NCBI GenBank assembly: GCA_964450605.1
Contig: CAYVEK010000001.1
Span: 72,430-136,429 of the forward strand
Source of the DNA: an uncultured Candidatus Saccharibacteria bacterium
GTDB taxonomy: Bacteria > Patescibacteriota > Minisyncoccia > Phycocordibacterales > CAIZLB01
Reading direction: 5' to 3'
Length of the DNA stretch: 64,000 nt
In this document: positions 39,401 to 48,503 of the stretch, one piece after another
Layout: each line of letters opens with the position of its first letter
Position numbering within the stretch: the first letter of the stretch is position 1
Notes under the pieces: generated by a model
The model's database searches: none
What the model was told of the DNA's origin: nothing
What the model saw: the letters and a program-made list of their open reading frames with translations, nothing else
Position numbers and translations under genes: made by a program

Positions 39401-41257
39401 GAGGTTGTTAATTCATCCGCAGCTCAGCTCCGACTTGGTTACGATAGTCAAAATGCAATAAATTTCGATGTGAATAATAGTGGTACGTTGCGTATTACAC
39501 CACTAAACAATTCTATTAGAAATTTGCTCGAGGTAAGAAATGGTGATGACGCGGCAATCCTTGTCGTGAATTCAATAAAACAGACAGCAATCAGCGGAAC
39601 AGTGTATATTACCTCTGACTCAGGCACAGAATACGGCACAAGAATCGGAAATGTAAACGATGGGGGTATAAGTTTTGGAGTTAACCCTACAAACTTTGCA
39701 GGAGAAATAAAGGCTGATTATGACGGGTCTCTCAGTCCGCTAGCTTTGAATCCTACAGGTGGAAATGTTGGTATCGGCACAACTTCTCCGTCAGCAACAC
39801 TTGATGTGTGGGGAAATTTGAATATTGGAACGGCATCAGTCCCCACACTGTTGGTTGATTCAAGTACAGGCTCTGTAGTTGTTTCAACTACCACACAAAC
39901 TGGAACAGTTTCCATTGGAGGAGATAAACAATATGCATTGTATACAGACACAGCATATTCAAACGGCGCATCAAGCTTTAGTTCTTATGGAGGATATTTC
40001 AAAAATTATCTAAACAGTGGTACTGCCGGATACTCATATGGAATCTACGCAGAAGGTTCTGCTGGAGGTGTAGATCCTGATGGCGCGTATGGAGTGTATG
40101 GTAAAGCAACAGGTTCTTATGCTCGCGCGGGAGTGTACGGTCTTTCAGAAGGGTCTGGTTCAGGTTTGTATGGATTTTCAAACTCTTCAACAGGTAGAGG
40201 ATTAACAGCAGAACAGTCAAACGCTAGTGGTTATGCTTTGTATACACTTGGAGGTAAAAACTATATCCAAAACAACTTAGGAATAGGAACTACAACTCCA
40301 GGTCAAAAACTTGTTGTTGTGGGTAATGCACAGTTTACAGGGGTTACGTCTGGCACGTATGCAAATGACTTAAACCTTTCAGCGGGAGGTGTTTTGACTA
40401 CAGCCGCTTCTGATATTCGTCTTAAGGAGAATCTCGTTGAACTATCTCCGGATGTATTATCAAAACTTTCAAATATAAAAGGATATACATTTAACTGGAA
40501 AGCTGATCCTGAGCGTAGAACAGATATCGGTGTGATTGCTCAAGAAGTAGAGAGTATATTTCCTGAAATTGTTTTCACAAACGCTACAGATGGATTTAAA
40601 GGTGTAAATTATTCTCGTTTATCTGTGTTACTGCTTAAAGGTTTACAAGAACAGCAGATGCTTCTAGGTTCATATACCTCTGACATATCAACACAGGCTA
40701 TACAAACAATAATTGACGAGGCAAAAAATGAAATAGAAAGAAATCCTATAACTGTTATAGGTGATAGGGCAACTCAAGGTGTCCGAACGGTCACTGATTT
40801 TGTAGCGGTTCGAGTAACTGCTGTTAAGGGTTATTTCGGAGAAATATTCACCAAAGAAATAACGACTGAAAAGATTTGTGTCACAAAGTCAAATGGATCA
40901 AAAGTTTGTGTAGATGGAGATCAACTGGAAAACATTATAAATAATTCAAACACACAGCCATCTGCAAGTCCTACACCTAGTCCTGCACAAACCGTAGGAA
41001 CTGTTCCAACAGAACCAGCTTCTGGTTCAGAGACTCAAGGAGAAACACCTGCTACAGAAAACTCAGGTGCAAGTGACACAATAATCGACACGGGAACAGG
41101 TTCATCCGCAGATAGTTCCTCCGCTTCATCTGATGCAGGATCTTCAAGTGGAGGCAGTTCGACGACAGGCGGCGACTCATCTTCTTCAGCCTCATCTGGT
41201 GATAGTAGCTCTTCCGGAGGTGGAGACTCTGGAGGAGGTTCTGTTAGTGCAGAATAA
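36401..41257 (+). CDS. Giant (about 1,618 aa) secreted tail-fibre-like surface protein with repeated GNVGIGT(S/T)SP..KLDVWG beta-repeat units, a C-terminal peptidase-S74 intramolecular chaperone domain, and an acidic Ser/Gly-rich tail
   Basis: Signal/TM at the N-terminus. Eight or more GNVGIGTxxPxxKL repeats. ASDIRLKENL...YTFNWK...IGVIAQEVESIFPEIV matches the endosialidase/tail-fibre chaperone autoprocessing domain. Start set at 36401 because 36347 lies inside the upstream terminator. Confidence 0.75.
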   Translation: MRVLKKIYIGVFFLGTLLVSRAIPVDVYGSVLNHHIAQVFGFYSQSFESVKTDIKQDMKKVSVKAEKQTAQVLAAVDSTQKSLWSKMIDVLSEPLVPLFTPQVIIPITEKKTEATVPVKKEEKIVLDPKPKEQVVIKPVAKIPNTNVTQNYYYTISQSQIEKAVQSQVAINKQELNKIQNDLREYVNMVAGRQSDSFSNSLNRANVVTVVTQSSGGSGATANFSETATGLDYAGGVLSITSGYEIPTTSSSTAWTSFYDTPSSRITAGTGLSWSGNTLNAVGGGSGTVGSGTAGQVAFYGANGTSVSGTSTVFFANGNVGIGTSSPSSILHLQSDQNSSTVLTIRNDNAGANADAGIMIRDDEGAILSLGLDVDQTGTKSYLWSVGNDFRIGAGNNMVASFTTDQKFKVLSPYNNYMSIYGGSATSMNLVSDADMLIRAGGDLGSNTYRTIYYDGDTHIFRQAGSPWTEYMRIVSGGNLGIGTSSPSAKLDVWGSLKVGTTSTPTLFVNTTAGQNTGLSITNDVSPTIASAGSSANVNLKLTTKGTGGLFLDTGGTGSINFRPNGTQTMTILSTGNVGIGTTTPASQLYIAGTDIGPSNYLATIENNNTAGSFPTRNGLLINVTGTNGGGQSASRLLNIQQYGTSLFYVNGVGDGVFNGGITSGSITSSGVVSSVRLSVVNNNTTATTSVFKIVSGQTAPVTEWQTSTGAPLASLSAGGNLGLGIVPSTFKLDVSGSSRLGYVNINNSADIIMSTQNADRQFTIQGSTATTGSVAGTYITLGTASSGEQKIVFGTNGGEKMRMDPSGNLGIGTTSPAAKLDVWGNLKVGTNAAGTLFVDAATARVGVGTTTPGAKLTVIGDMRIGFNDANQEILGHITGGLLFANQAAQITSGSGVSVRSNGTYGWSSDTGSPGYNGKDTFLSRPFSSTVGVYQSNGTTLGGFLTGVLSVGTTSTSSTLYVQGNGSNNPFTIASSTGTSMLSVLRNGNVGIGTSTPEVKLEVVNSSAAQLRLGYDSQNAINFDVNNSGTLRITPLNNSIRNLLEVRNGDDAAILVVNSIKQTAISGTVYITSDSGTEYGTRIGNVNDGGISFGVNPTNFAGEIKADYDGSLSPLALNPTGGNVGIGTTSPSATLDVWGNLNIGTASVPTLLVDSSTGSVVVSTTTQTGTVSIGGDKQYALYTDTAYSNGASSFSSYGGYFKNYLNSGTAGYSYGIYAEGSAGGVDPDGAYGVYGKATGSYARAGVYGLSEGSGSGLYGFSNSSTGRGLTAEQSNASGYALYTLGGKNYIQNNLGIGTTTPGQKLVVVGNAQFTGVTSGTYANDLNLSAGGVLTTAASDIRLKENLVELSPDVLSKLSNIKGYTFNWKADPERRTDIGVIAQEVESIFPEIVFTNATDGFKGVNYSRLSVLLLKGLQEQQMLLGSYTSDISTQAIQTIIDEAKNEIERNPITVIGDRATQGVRTVTDFVAVRVTAVKGYFGEIFTKEITTEKICVTKSNGSKVCVDGDQLENIINNSNTQPSASPTPSPAQTVGTVPTEPASGSETQGETPATENSGASDTIIDTGTGSSADSSSASSDAGSSSGGSSTTGGDSSSSASSGDSSSSGGGDSGGGSVSAE

Positions 41258-41300
41258 AAACGGTTTGAGTTTATTATAAAAACATGAGAATATAATATAT

Positions 41301-41819
41301 ATGCCATCTATAAAAGATATACAAAATACCACCAGTGAAGAGATAGTTGTTAAAGCTCCTCGAAAAAGAAAGGGGGGTAAATTTTCATTTCTATTATTTA
41401 TAGCTGTAGTGGTGTTAGGGGTCTTGTATTACCAACAGCATCAAGAGTTGTCTCGTTTAAAGGATCCAGCGTTACAGACAGAGTATGCTGAAAAACAGGT
41501 TAAAAAGGTTATAGATGATATGAAAAAGTATGTTGTTATTCCAGATGATGAGGAGCTAAAGTTGTTGGGTATTATAAGCAATGCAGAAGCTTTAAAAAAG
41601 GATCAGGCTTTTTATACAAATGTTGAAAATGGGGATTATGTATTCTTGCTTTCAAAAACTGCTAGAGCTTTGATTTGGAGACCTGAAGATAAAAAAGTTG
41701 TAAACTTTGGAGCTGCAAATCTTCAACCTGCACAACAACAGCAAGTAACACAACCTGCCCCTGTAAAAGAAGAGTCTGTAAAGGAAGTTAAGAAAGAAGA
41801 TAAAAAAACAGATAACTAA
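41301..41819 (+). CDS. Hypothetical membrane-anchored protein (172 aa)
   Basis: One N-terminal TM helix. The C-terminus is Gln/Pro-rich. Confidence 0.45.
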   Translation: MPSIKDIQNTTSEEIVVKAPRKRKGGKFSFLLFIAVVVLGVLYYQQHQELSRLKDPALQTEYAEKQVKKVIDDMKKYVVIPDDEELKLLGIISNAEALKKDQAFYTNVENGDYVFLLSKTARALIWRPEDKKVVNFGAANLQPAQQQQVTQPAPVKEESVKEVKKEDKKTDN

Positions 41820-41839
41820 AGCTGTCTAGTTGTCGACTG

Positions 41840-42946
41840 GTGTATAATATAGACATGGAACCAGTAACAACAATGCAAGTACAGTTACCAAAAGTTAAAA
41901 CTGGCATAAAGGATTTCTTCCTTTATGTCGGTTTTTTCGCTGTACTTTATACATTAATAGGTAATTTTATTAACTTCACTTTTTCAGTTATTAATTCTGT
42001 CTATCCGGATTATCAGTATGGCTTTAGAGATCCGTATGCAAGTAGTATACGTATGTCTGTTGCCATCATGATAGTTCTTACTCCTATTCTTATAGGTCTT
42101 GCTCGGAAAATGCATAAAGACATTCGAGAAAATGCAGACAGAGCAAATATCTGGGTTAGAAGATGGGGGTTTTACATTACGCTTGCTGTAACTATTATTA
42201 CACTTGCCAGTGATTTAGTTGCGCTTATTTATAACTTTTTAGGAGGAGAGATGTCTCCAAGATTTATTTGGAAAGTTGTAGTACTGGGAATTATCTCAGG
42301 GATCATGTGGTTATATACTCACAGTGAGATAAAAGGAACTTTTTCTGCAAGCCCTAAAAAGGGTCTTATAACTTCTATAGCTCTCGGTGTAAGTGTGATA
42401 GCTGTAGCGGTGATAGGTATATCACTTACAGGATCTCCGTCATTTTTAAGACAAGTAAAAGACGACAATACCCGAGAATCAAACCTTTCAACAATACAGT
42501 ACCGTGTTATAGATTACTATAGAAATAAAGGTGAGTTACCTATATCGTTGAGTAAGATAACAGAAGGTGATCCTAATGCGACAGTTCTTCCAGTTGATCC
42601 AAAGACAGGTGTAGAGTATGGATACAGCGTGCTCCCTCCAAAGATTCAAGATGGTGCTACATTTGTAAGTTTCAACTTGTGTGCTGATTTTGAACAAGAT
42701 GGAACTGCTGATGATAAAGTACAAAAGAGTGGGCGTGCAGGAGGGGTTGCTTCTCCGCAGGCGTTACCTATACCAACTGTCCCTATGTATGACTATGATT
42801 ATTATGGAGGTAAAACAAAAGCTGTCGACTATGATAATCATCCAAAAGGACAAAAATGTTTCGTAGTTGAGATTGATACTTCATCTAATCAATACAAACC
42901 ATACGATCAGCAGTCTAATCAGAAGCCGTACTATCCTACATACTAA
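41840..42946 (+). CDS. Polytopic membrane protein (DUF5671-like N-terminus) with a C-terminal extracytoplasmic domain bearing a pseudopilin-like segment
   Basis: Four or five TM helices. IQYRVIDYYRNKGELPISLSKI resembles the GspG/pilin globular-domain motif. Confidence 0.45.
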   Translation: MYNIDMEPVTTMQVQLPKVKTGIKDFFLYVGFFAVLYTLIGNFINFTFSVINSVYPDYQYGFRDPYASSIRMSVAIMIVLTPILIGLARKMHKDIRENADRANIWVRRWGFYITLAVTIITLASDLVALIYNFLGGEMSPRFIWKVVVLGIISGIMWLYTHSEIKGTFSASPKKGLITSIALGVSVIAVAVIGISLTGSPSFLRQVKDDNTRESNLSTIQYRVIDYYRNKGELPISLSKITEGDPNATVLPVDPKTGVEYGYSVLPPKIQDGATFVSFNLCADFEQDGTADDKVQKSGRAGGVASPQALPIPTVPMYDYDYYGGKTKAVDYDNHPKGQKCFVVEIDTSSNQYKPYDQQSNQKPYYPTY

Positions 42947-43002
42947 ACTAGATACTACTGATTGGTGTTTATTAACCATTAACTTAAAACATAATAAAAC
43001 GT

Positions 43003-43374
43003 ATGATCATCAAAAAAATCAAAACCACAAATATGGAATTGACGGATGCAATATCACAGTATGTTAACAAAAAGGTTGATGCGTTACATAAGTTTATAGA
43101 TCCCGATGAGGAGGCTTTGGCTGAGATAGAGATAGGTAGAACTACAAACCATCATCATAAAGGTGATGTATACAAAGCTGAAGTAAATCTATTCTACGGA
43201 AAGGATAATTTCCGCACAGTCATTATCAATGATGATTTGTATGCAGCTATCGATAAGATGAAAGAGGGTATATTAAATGAAGTTCGTCGTTCAAAACGAA
43301 AACGATTTCATTTACTCAAGAAAGGTCATCAAAAGATAAAAGACATACTTCGAGGTTGGAAAAGATCAAAGTAA
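43003..43374 (+). CDS. hpf: Ribosome hibernation promoting factor / RaiA family
   Basis: MELTDAI..YV..K...L.KF and the beta-alpha-beta-beta-beta-alpha pattern of YfiA/HPF. Confidence 0.75.
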   Translation: MIIKKIKTTNMELTDAISQYVNKKVDALHKFIDPDEEALAEIEIGRTTNHHHKGDVYKAEVNLFYGKDNFRTVIINDDLYAAIDKMKEGILNEVRRSKRKRFHLLKKGHQKIKDILRGWKRSK

Positions 43375-43422
43375 AAAGTCTTAAAATATAACCTTTAATA
43401 ATCTAGATTAAAAAAGAAAACT

Positions 43423-43809
43423 CTATTGTGTAAAAGCAGTAGAGATTTCTTTTACAATCTCTTCTGGATCAGTAACTGCTTTAATAATAAACTTTGCTCC
43501 AAGTTCTGTAGCAACGTCTCTATCTTTTTTCTCATCAGTATTACTTACTACAAAAACTTTTAGATTTTTTGTTTTTTCGTCTGCTCGTAGATCTTTTAGT
43601 ATTTCTAGTCCGTTTTTTCCGGGTAAGAATATGTCTAAGACAAGTACGTCAGGCGTACAAGCTTTAAGACCCTCCATAAGAGCCTCCCCTGAGGCAAAGG
43701 CTTGTACATCTAGGTGATGCTCGGCCATTTTAGAGGTCATTATTGATGATAAAAAGACATCGTCTTCAACAAGGAAGACTTTTTTTGAGGAATTTTGTGT
43801 TTCTGTCAT
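43423..43809 (-). CDS. Single-domain CheY-like response regulator receiver protein
   Basis: KVFLVEDD...DVLVLDIFLPGKNG...KVFVVS receiver motifs. 128 aa. Confidence 0.8.
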   Translation of the reverse strand: MTETQNSSKKVFLVEDDVFLSSIMTSKMAEHHLDVQAFASGEALMEGLKACTPDVLVLDIFLPGKNGLEILKDLRADEKTKNLKVFVVSNTDEKKDRDVATELGAKFIIKAVTDPEEIVKEISTAFTQ

Positions 43810-43887
43810 ATATACCTATTATATATCAATATTTATATGTTACAATAAAGACATAATTATAAGTTAATTTTTTAATATATAAAACAT

Positions 43888-44649
43888 ATGAATAATATGA
43901 ATGGCATGGAACATGATATGGGAATGGGAAATATGGGTGGTATGGAAGGCCATATGGACGGTATGATGATGGATATGGGTCCAGTGGTTTTCGGAAACAT
44001 ACATCTCGTTAACCTTCTTCTTATGGTTTCAGGAGTATTTTACCTAATTTGTGCGTTGTCTATTTTTAAGACATGGCGACGTGAGAAAAATGAGCTTGTA
44101 GGAGCCTTGTTTGCCTTTTTGAGTTATCAGGCTGTAAGTATGTTCTTTATGGGACTTGAGATGCATACTATGAACATGATGTATAGTAATATAGCTGCAC
44201 TTGCTATATTTGTTGGTTCTGCATATATGATGAAGTTTCCTCTAAGTAAATTATCAGAAGGTGCTCGGCGATCTTCTTTCTTGCTTATTATGGTAGCGCT
44301 ACTAGGTTTGTTTACATGGTTTATGGGTACACCAGAAAGACAGATGGATCTTATGCATTTTGTACTATGGTATGATCTTGTTGTAAACGGTTTGTTGATA
44401 GGTGGTTCTATTATAGTCTTTGGATTAAAAGCAACAGAATCTATCTCAAAAAAGAAGGCTCTTGGAGGAGGAACAGGTGTTGTGAGTTGCTGTGTTGTTG
44501 CTACAGGGGCTATGATTGGAGGAGCTATGCTTGCAGGAACTATATTCTCATTCTTGGCACCTATTATCATTCTAAGCACATTGCGAAGTGGAAAAGCTGT
44601 AGTAAATCCTACACCTTCAGCACCTACTACACCAAACGCAACAGTCTAA
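43888..44649 (+). CDS. Polytopic membrane protein with an N-terminal Met/His-rich metal-binding-like motif
   Basis: MNNMNGMEHDMGMGNMGGMEGHMDGMMMDMG followed by about six TM helices. Resembles Cu(I)-binding Mets motifs. Confidence 0.5.
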   Translation: MNNMNGMEHDMGMGNMGGMEGHMDGMMMDMGPVVFGNIHLVNLLLMVSGVFYLICALSIFKTWRREKNELVGALFAFLSYQAVSMFFMGLEMHTMNMMYSNIAALAIFVGSAYMMKFPLSKLSEGARRSSFLLIMVALLGLFTWFMGTPERQMDLMHFVLWYDLVVNGLLIGGSIIVFGLKATESISKKKALGGGTGVVSCCVVATGAMIGGAMLAGTIFSFLAPIIILSTLRSGKAVVNPTPSAPTTPNATV

Positions 44650-44678
44650 ATATATCCTTTAGTTAATAAATACCCGAT

Positions 44679-45617
44679 ATGAGTAAATTAGAACGAATCA
44701 TATCATATGTATTGGGAGCAATTGCCGGCGCTGGGGCCGGTTCTTTGCTTGTTGCATATGCTATGCCGGTAGTAGATCCGATGTGTGAGGAGATTATTCA
44801 GCAACTTATGCCGTTGATTGGTTTATTGATTGCCATGGCTGTAGTTGAATATAAGCACGTGCGCCTGATGAAGCATGAAAATGCCTTAAGAGACGAAACG
44901 GTTGCTCTCATAACTCATGAAATGAGAACAAGTCTTACATCCACAGGCTGGGCAATCGGTATGATGCTTAAAAAATATCAGACAGCCATAGAAGAAAATG
45001 ACGCTAAGTTGTTACAAGGTGTTGTTGATTCTATACATACAACGGTGATGCATTCTGTAAATCTTCTAGATGTAAGTCTTCTTGATATAGGAAAACTTGC
45101 CATATCTCTACAGTGGACAGACCTTGGAAAAGTAGATGAGATGTTTAATGAGATGATTAATAAGTATTCATTGGGAATGAAAAGTAAGGGCATTGAGTTT
45201 AGATCTGGTGTAAAACTCTCAACAGGGAAGATGGTTGAGGTTGATATGATGCGTTTGCGAATCATAGTTGAAAACTTACTCGAAAATGCGATACAGTATA
45301 CGCTTGGATCTGAGAAAAATATATCACTTTCCGTTTCAAATGATGATAAAGAAATGCATATACAAGTTTCTGATACAGGTATGGGTATACCAGAGACTGA
45401 AAAAGAGAAGATCTTTCAAGAGTTTTATCGAGCAAGTAATGCTCGTAAAGCTCTAAGTACTGGAAGTGGTATAGGACTCTTCACGTGTGCTAAGTATGTA
45501 AAGGCACACAAGGGAACTATTCGATTTGAGTCACAAGAAGGAAAAGGAACTACATTCTTCATAGATATTCCACTTAAAACAGAGGCGGATGTCAAGGGAT
45601 TTATACAGAAGATATAG
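44679..45617 (+). CDS. Sensor histidine kinase (two N-terminal TM helices, HisKA plus HATPase_c)
   Basis: H-box ITHEMRTSL, N-box ENAIQYT, and G-boxes DTGMGIP and GSGIGLF. Confidence 0.8.
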   Translation: MSKLERIISYVLGAIAGAGAGSLLVAYAMPVVDPMCEEIIQQLMPLIGLLIAMAVVEYKHVRLMKHENALRDETVALITHEMRTSLTSTGWAIGMMLKKYQTAIEENDAKLLQGVVDSIHTTVMHSVNLLDVSLLDIGKLAISLQWTDLGKVDEMFNEMINKYSLGMKSKGIEFRSGVKLSTGKMVEVDMMRLRIIVENLLENAIQYTLGSEKNISLSVSNDDKEMHIQVSDTGMGIPETEKEKIFQEFYRASNARKALSTGSGIGLFTCAKYVKAHKGTIRFESQEGKGTTFFIDIPLKTEADVKGFIQKI

Positions 45618-45634
45618 CGTGATATACTCGCTCT

Positions 45635-47467
45635 ATGACACAACCTAAAACAGATTCATCTTTAAAAGATGAGCTTTTAGCAGGATTGCCTACTGATGTG
45701 AAAACGGAGTGGGTTTTTTCTGACTATAAAGATGAAAAAGACCCTAAAATAAAAAAAGAAGTCAAGGATATTGTCAAGGCATACAAAACCTTTGCCAAAA
45801 AACACAAAAACAAAGCGTTTCTAAAAAATAGTAAAACACTTGCAAGCGCCTTGGTTGACTACGAAAAACTTGTAGAAAAAGCGACATGGAAAAGTATGTA
45901 TTATTTGAGTTTGAGAAAAACTCTGGAGACGGGAAATCTGAAACTTGAAGCAGAGATAAACAGACTCAATGATATGGCATATGGAGCTATAAAGGAAGTT
46001 TTGTTTTTTGGCATAGCAATATCAAAGATCGAGACAAAAAAACAAAAACAATATCTTAAAGATGAAAAACTAAAAAAGTACAAGTATCTTTTAAAGACTT
46101 GGTTTGATGATGGAAAATACACACTATCAGAATCAGAAGAAAAAATACTTACTGATAAAAGTATTGTGGCACATGATGCATGGGTTAGTGCTCAAGAGCG
46201 ATATGAGAACGCTCAAACAGTAGCACATGGTGATAAGGTTATATCTCTTTCAGAGGCTATGAGTATAAAAGCTGATCTACCTCGATCGGAGCGACGTGCT
46301 TTACATAAAGCTGTAAGGGAAAAATACAAAGAGATTAGTTTTGTCGCAGAAGCAGAACTCAATGCGGTTATACGAAATAAAAAGATAGACGATGAACTTC
46401 GGGGATACAAAAAACCATATGAATCAACGGTTCGTTCATATCAAAACGATATAAAGTCTATCGAAAACCTAGTCGAAGTCGTCACTGCCTCAAACAAAAT
46501 ATCTCATAGATTTTTTAAATTAAAAGCAAAGGTTGTGAATCAGATTGACGGAGTTGTTGATGGAAAAATAACTATTGCAGAACTCGGTACCGGCATGTCT
46601 AGAGCAAAAGATGCTGATAAAAAAATACCCCTTGCAAAAGCGATAGAGATGGTTTCAAAAACATTTACTGAGGCAGATCCGGTGTTTGGAGATATGTTTG
46701 ATATGTATATTAAAAATGGTCGTATAGATTTTTTCCCAAAACAAGGAAAACAGACAGGCGCGTTTTGTATGGGAAATAATGGTATAGAAACTCGTATTCT
46801 CATGAACTATGCCGGAAAACTAGATGATATATCTACACTGGCGCATGAGATGGGACATGCTATACATACTGACATGTCAAAAACTCAACCTGCTATATAT
46901 GAAGGTTACACTATATCGGTTGCCGAGGTTGCAAGTACATTTTTTGAAAATGTATTACTAGAAGCTTTGTTTGAGGTTGCTAGTCCTGAAGAACGTCAGG
47001 ATATATTGCTCGCCCGTATGCAAGATCGGGTTTCGACTATATTTGCCCAAGTTGCGTATTTTGAATTTGAGAAGAAGCTTCATAAAGAAGTTCGAGAAAA
47101 AGGTTTTGTTTCAAAAGAAGATATAGCTCGTATGTTTGCTGATTGTCGAAGATCTTATGTAGGCGAAGCTGTTGATGTGGTAGAAGATGATGGTTATGCT
47201 TTTGTATATATAAGTCACTTCAGATCATTTTTCTATGTGTATGCCTATGCGTACGGTCAACTGATTGCCGACGCGCTTTATGCCGAATATAAAAAAGATA
47301 AAAAGTTTATAGAAAAAGTAAAAGTCTTTTTAAAAGCAGGAGGGAGTATGTCGCCAGCCGACATCTTTAAAAAGATTGGTATAGATACCACAAAGCCCGA
47401 TTTCTTTAAAAAGGGACTTAAAAAGATAGACGAAGATCTAAAATCCCTAGAAAAGCTTATTAAATAA
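45635..47467 (+). CDS. pepF: Oligoendopeptidase F (M3B family)
   Basis: HEMGHAIH HExxH zinc motif at the expected position in a 610-aa protein with M3 fold blocks. Confidence 0.8.
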   Translation: MTQPKTDSSLKDELLAGLPTDVKTEWVFSDYKDEKDPKIKKEVKDIVKAYKTFAKKHKNKAFLKNSKTLASALVDYEKLVEKATWKSMYYLSLRKTLETGNLKLEAEINRLNDMAYGAIKEVLFFGIAISKIETKKQKQYLKDEKLKKYKYLLKTWFDDGKYTLSESEEKILTDKSIVAHDAWVSAQERYENAQTVAHGDKVISLSEAMSIKADLPRSERRALHKAVREKYKEISFVAEAELNAVIRNKKIDDELRGYKKPYESTVRSYQNDIKSIENLVEVVTASNKISHRFFKLKAKVVNQIDGVVDGKITIAELGTGMSRAKDADKKIPLAKAIEMVSKTFTEADPVFGDMFDMYIKNGRIDFFPKQGKQTGAFCMGNNGIETRILMNYAGKLDDISTLAHEMGHAIHTDMSKTQPAIYEGYTISVAEVASTFFENVLLEALFEVASPEERQDILLARMQDRVSTIFAQVAYFEFEKKLHKEVREKGFVSKEDIARMFADCRRSYVGEAVDVVEDDGYAFVYISHFRSFFYVYAYAYGQLIADALYAEYKKDKKFIEKVKVFLKAGGSMSPADIFKKIGIDTTKPDFFKKGLKKIDEDLKSLEKLIK

Positions 47468-47526
47468 GCATTTTTAAGAAGTCACAAAAAGGATAGTGGT
47501 TCGTATTATATAGGTAGAAACAGTAT

Positions 47527-48060
47527 ATGGTTGATACAAGCACACAGCTACAAATCCGTTTTGAGAGTATGTATGAGGAGTTGTCTCAGACAGTATTTAG
47601 ATATGTATATCTCAGAACGAGAGACAGAGAGGTGTCTGTTGACTTGATGCAAACTGTTTTTGTAAAAGTATTCCAAAGTATTCATAAAATACGAGAAGGT
47701 GAAGAGGCTCCTTATGTTATAACTGTTGCTAAAAATACACTTATTGATTTTTTTAGAACAAAGAAAAATAATGTCGAATACGATGATGATGTTCATTGTA
47801 CTCCTGATATCTTAAATACAGATCAAAACCCTGTATTTGAGGAGTTTGTTTTAAAAGAAAACATTGTTTTCATAGAAAAAGCTTTAAGTATGTTATCTGA
47901 GACCGATGCTGAGATTGTCCGCATGAGAGCTTTATTGGATTGGTCATATCAGGAGATATCTGTGTATTTAAAAAAAGAAGAGAGTGCTGTAAGAAAGAGA
48001 TATAGTCGAGCCATGGAAAAGTTAAAAGAAATTATAGAAAAAATGTATGCGTCAAAATAA
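47527..48060 (+). CDS. ECF (sigma-70 group 4) RNA polymerase sigma factor
   Basis: Region 2 (VFRYVYLRTRDREVSVDLMQTVFVKVF) and region 4 HTH (SYQEISVYL). Confidence 0.8.
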   Translation: MVDTSTQLQIRFESMYEELSQTVFRYVYLRTRDREVSVDLMQTVFVKVFQSIHKIREGEEAPYVITVAKNTLIDFFRTKKNNVEYDDDVHCTPDILNTDQNPVFEEFVLKENIVFIEKALSMLSETDAEIVRMRALLDWSYQEISVYLKKEESAVRKRYSRAMEKLKEIIEKMYASK

Positions 48061-48475
48061 TACAAAAAATATTAATATCGAACAAATAGAGATTTATTTT
48101 AGAAATATTTCTAGTTCTATACCAACCTGTCCTGTCACAAAAGAAGACATGCTTCGTATATATAGACAGAAGGCACAGGTTCAGTCTTCTGTACAAAAAG
48201 AAAGTTTCTTTACATCATTTAGATTTAAACTACTAGTTCTGCCCGTAACAGTGTGTATTGTGGTCATTGGACTATATTCCTATGTGCCAGGCTCAAAAAA
48301 CTTGGTACAAGAAGAGGTTGTGAATCAAATGATGAATGAAGTGTTTGCTGATTTATCTTCTGATACAGAAAATAGTCTGGCAATGTTGGATCAGTACGGA
48401 GAAGGTTATTCAGATTCAGATATTCTATTAGATCAAACTCTGTCTGAAATTGATCTTCAGTTGCAATATAATTAA
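48047..48475 (+). CDS. Putative membrane-anchored anti-sigma factor
   Basis: Overlaps the sigma gene stop and has a single TM helix (LLVLPVTVCIVVIGL). Position is typical for a cognate anti-sigma. Confidence 0.4.
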   Translation: MRQNNTKNINIEQIEIYFRNISSSIPTCPVTKEDMLRIYRQKAQVQSSVQKESFFTSFRFKLLVLPVTVCIVVIGLYSYVPGSKNLVQEEVVNQMMNEVFADLSSDTENSLAMLDQYGEGYSDSDILLDQTLSEIDLQLQYN

Positions 48476-48503
48476 ATAATTAATTTATCTCTATAAAAAT
48501 CTT

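Noticed and set aside
41035-41307. 90-aa acidic/Pro-rich minus-strand ORF
   Set aside because: Antisense of the Ser/Gly/Asp-rich tail of the giant fibre protein, a compositional artefact.
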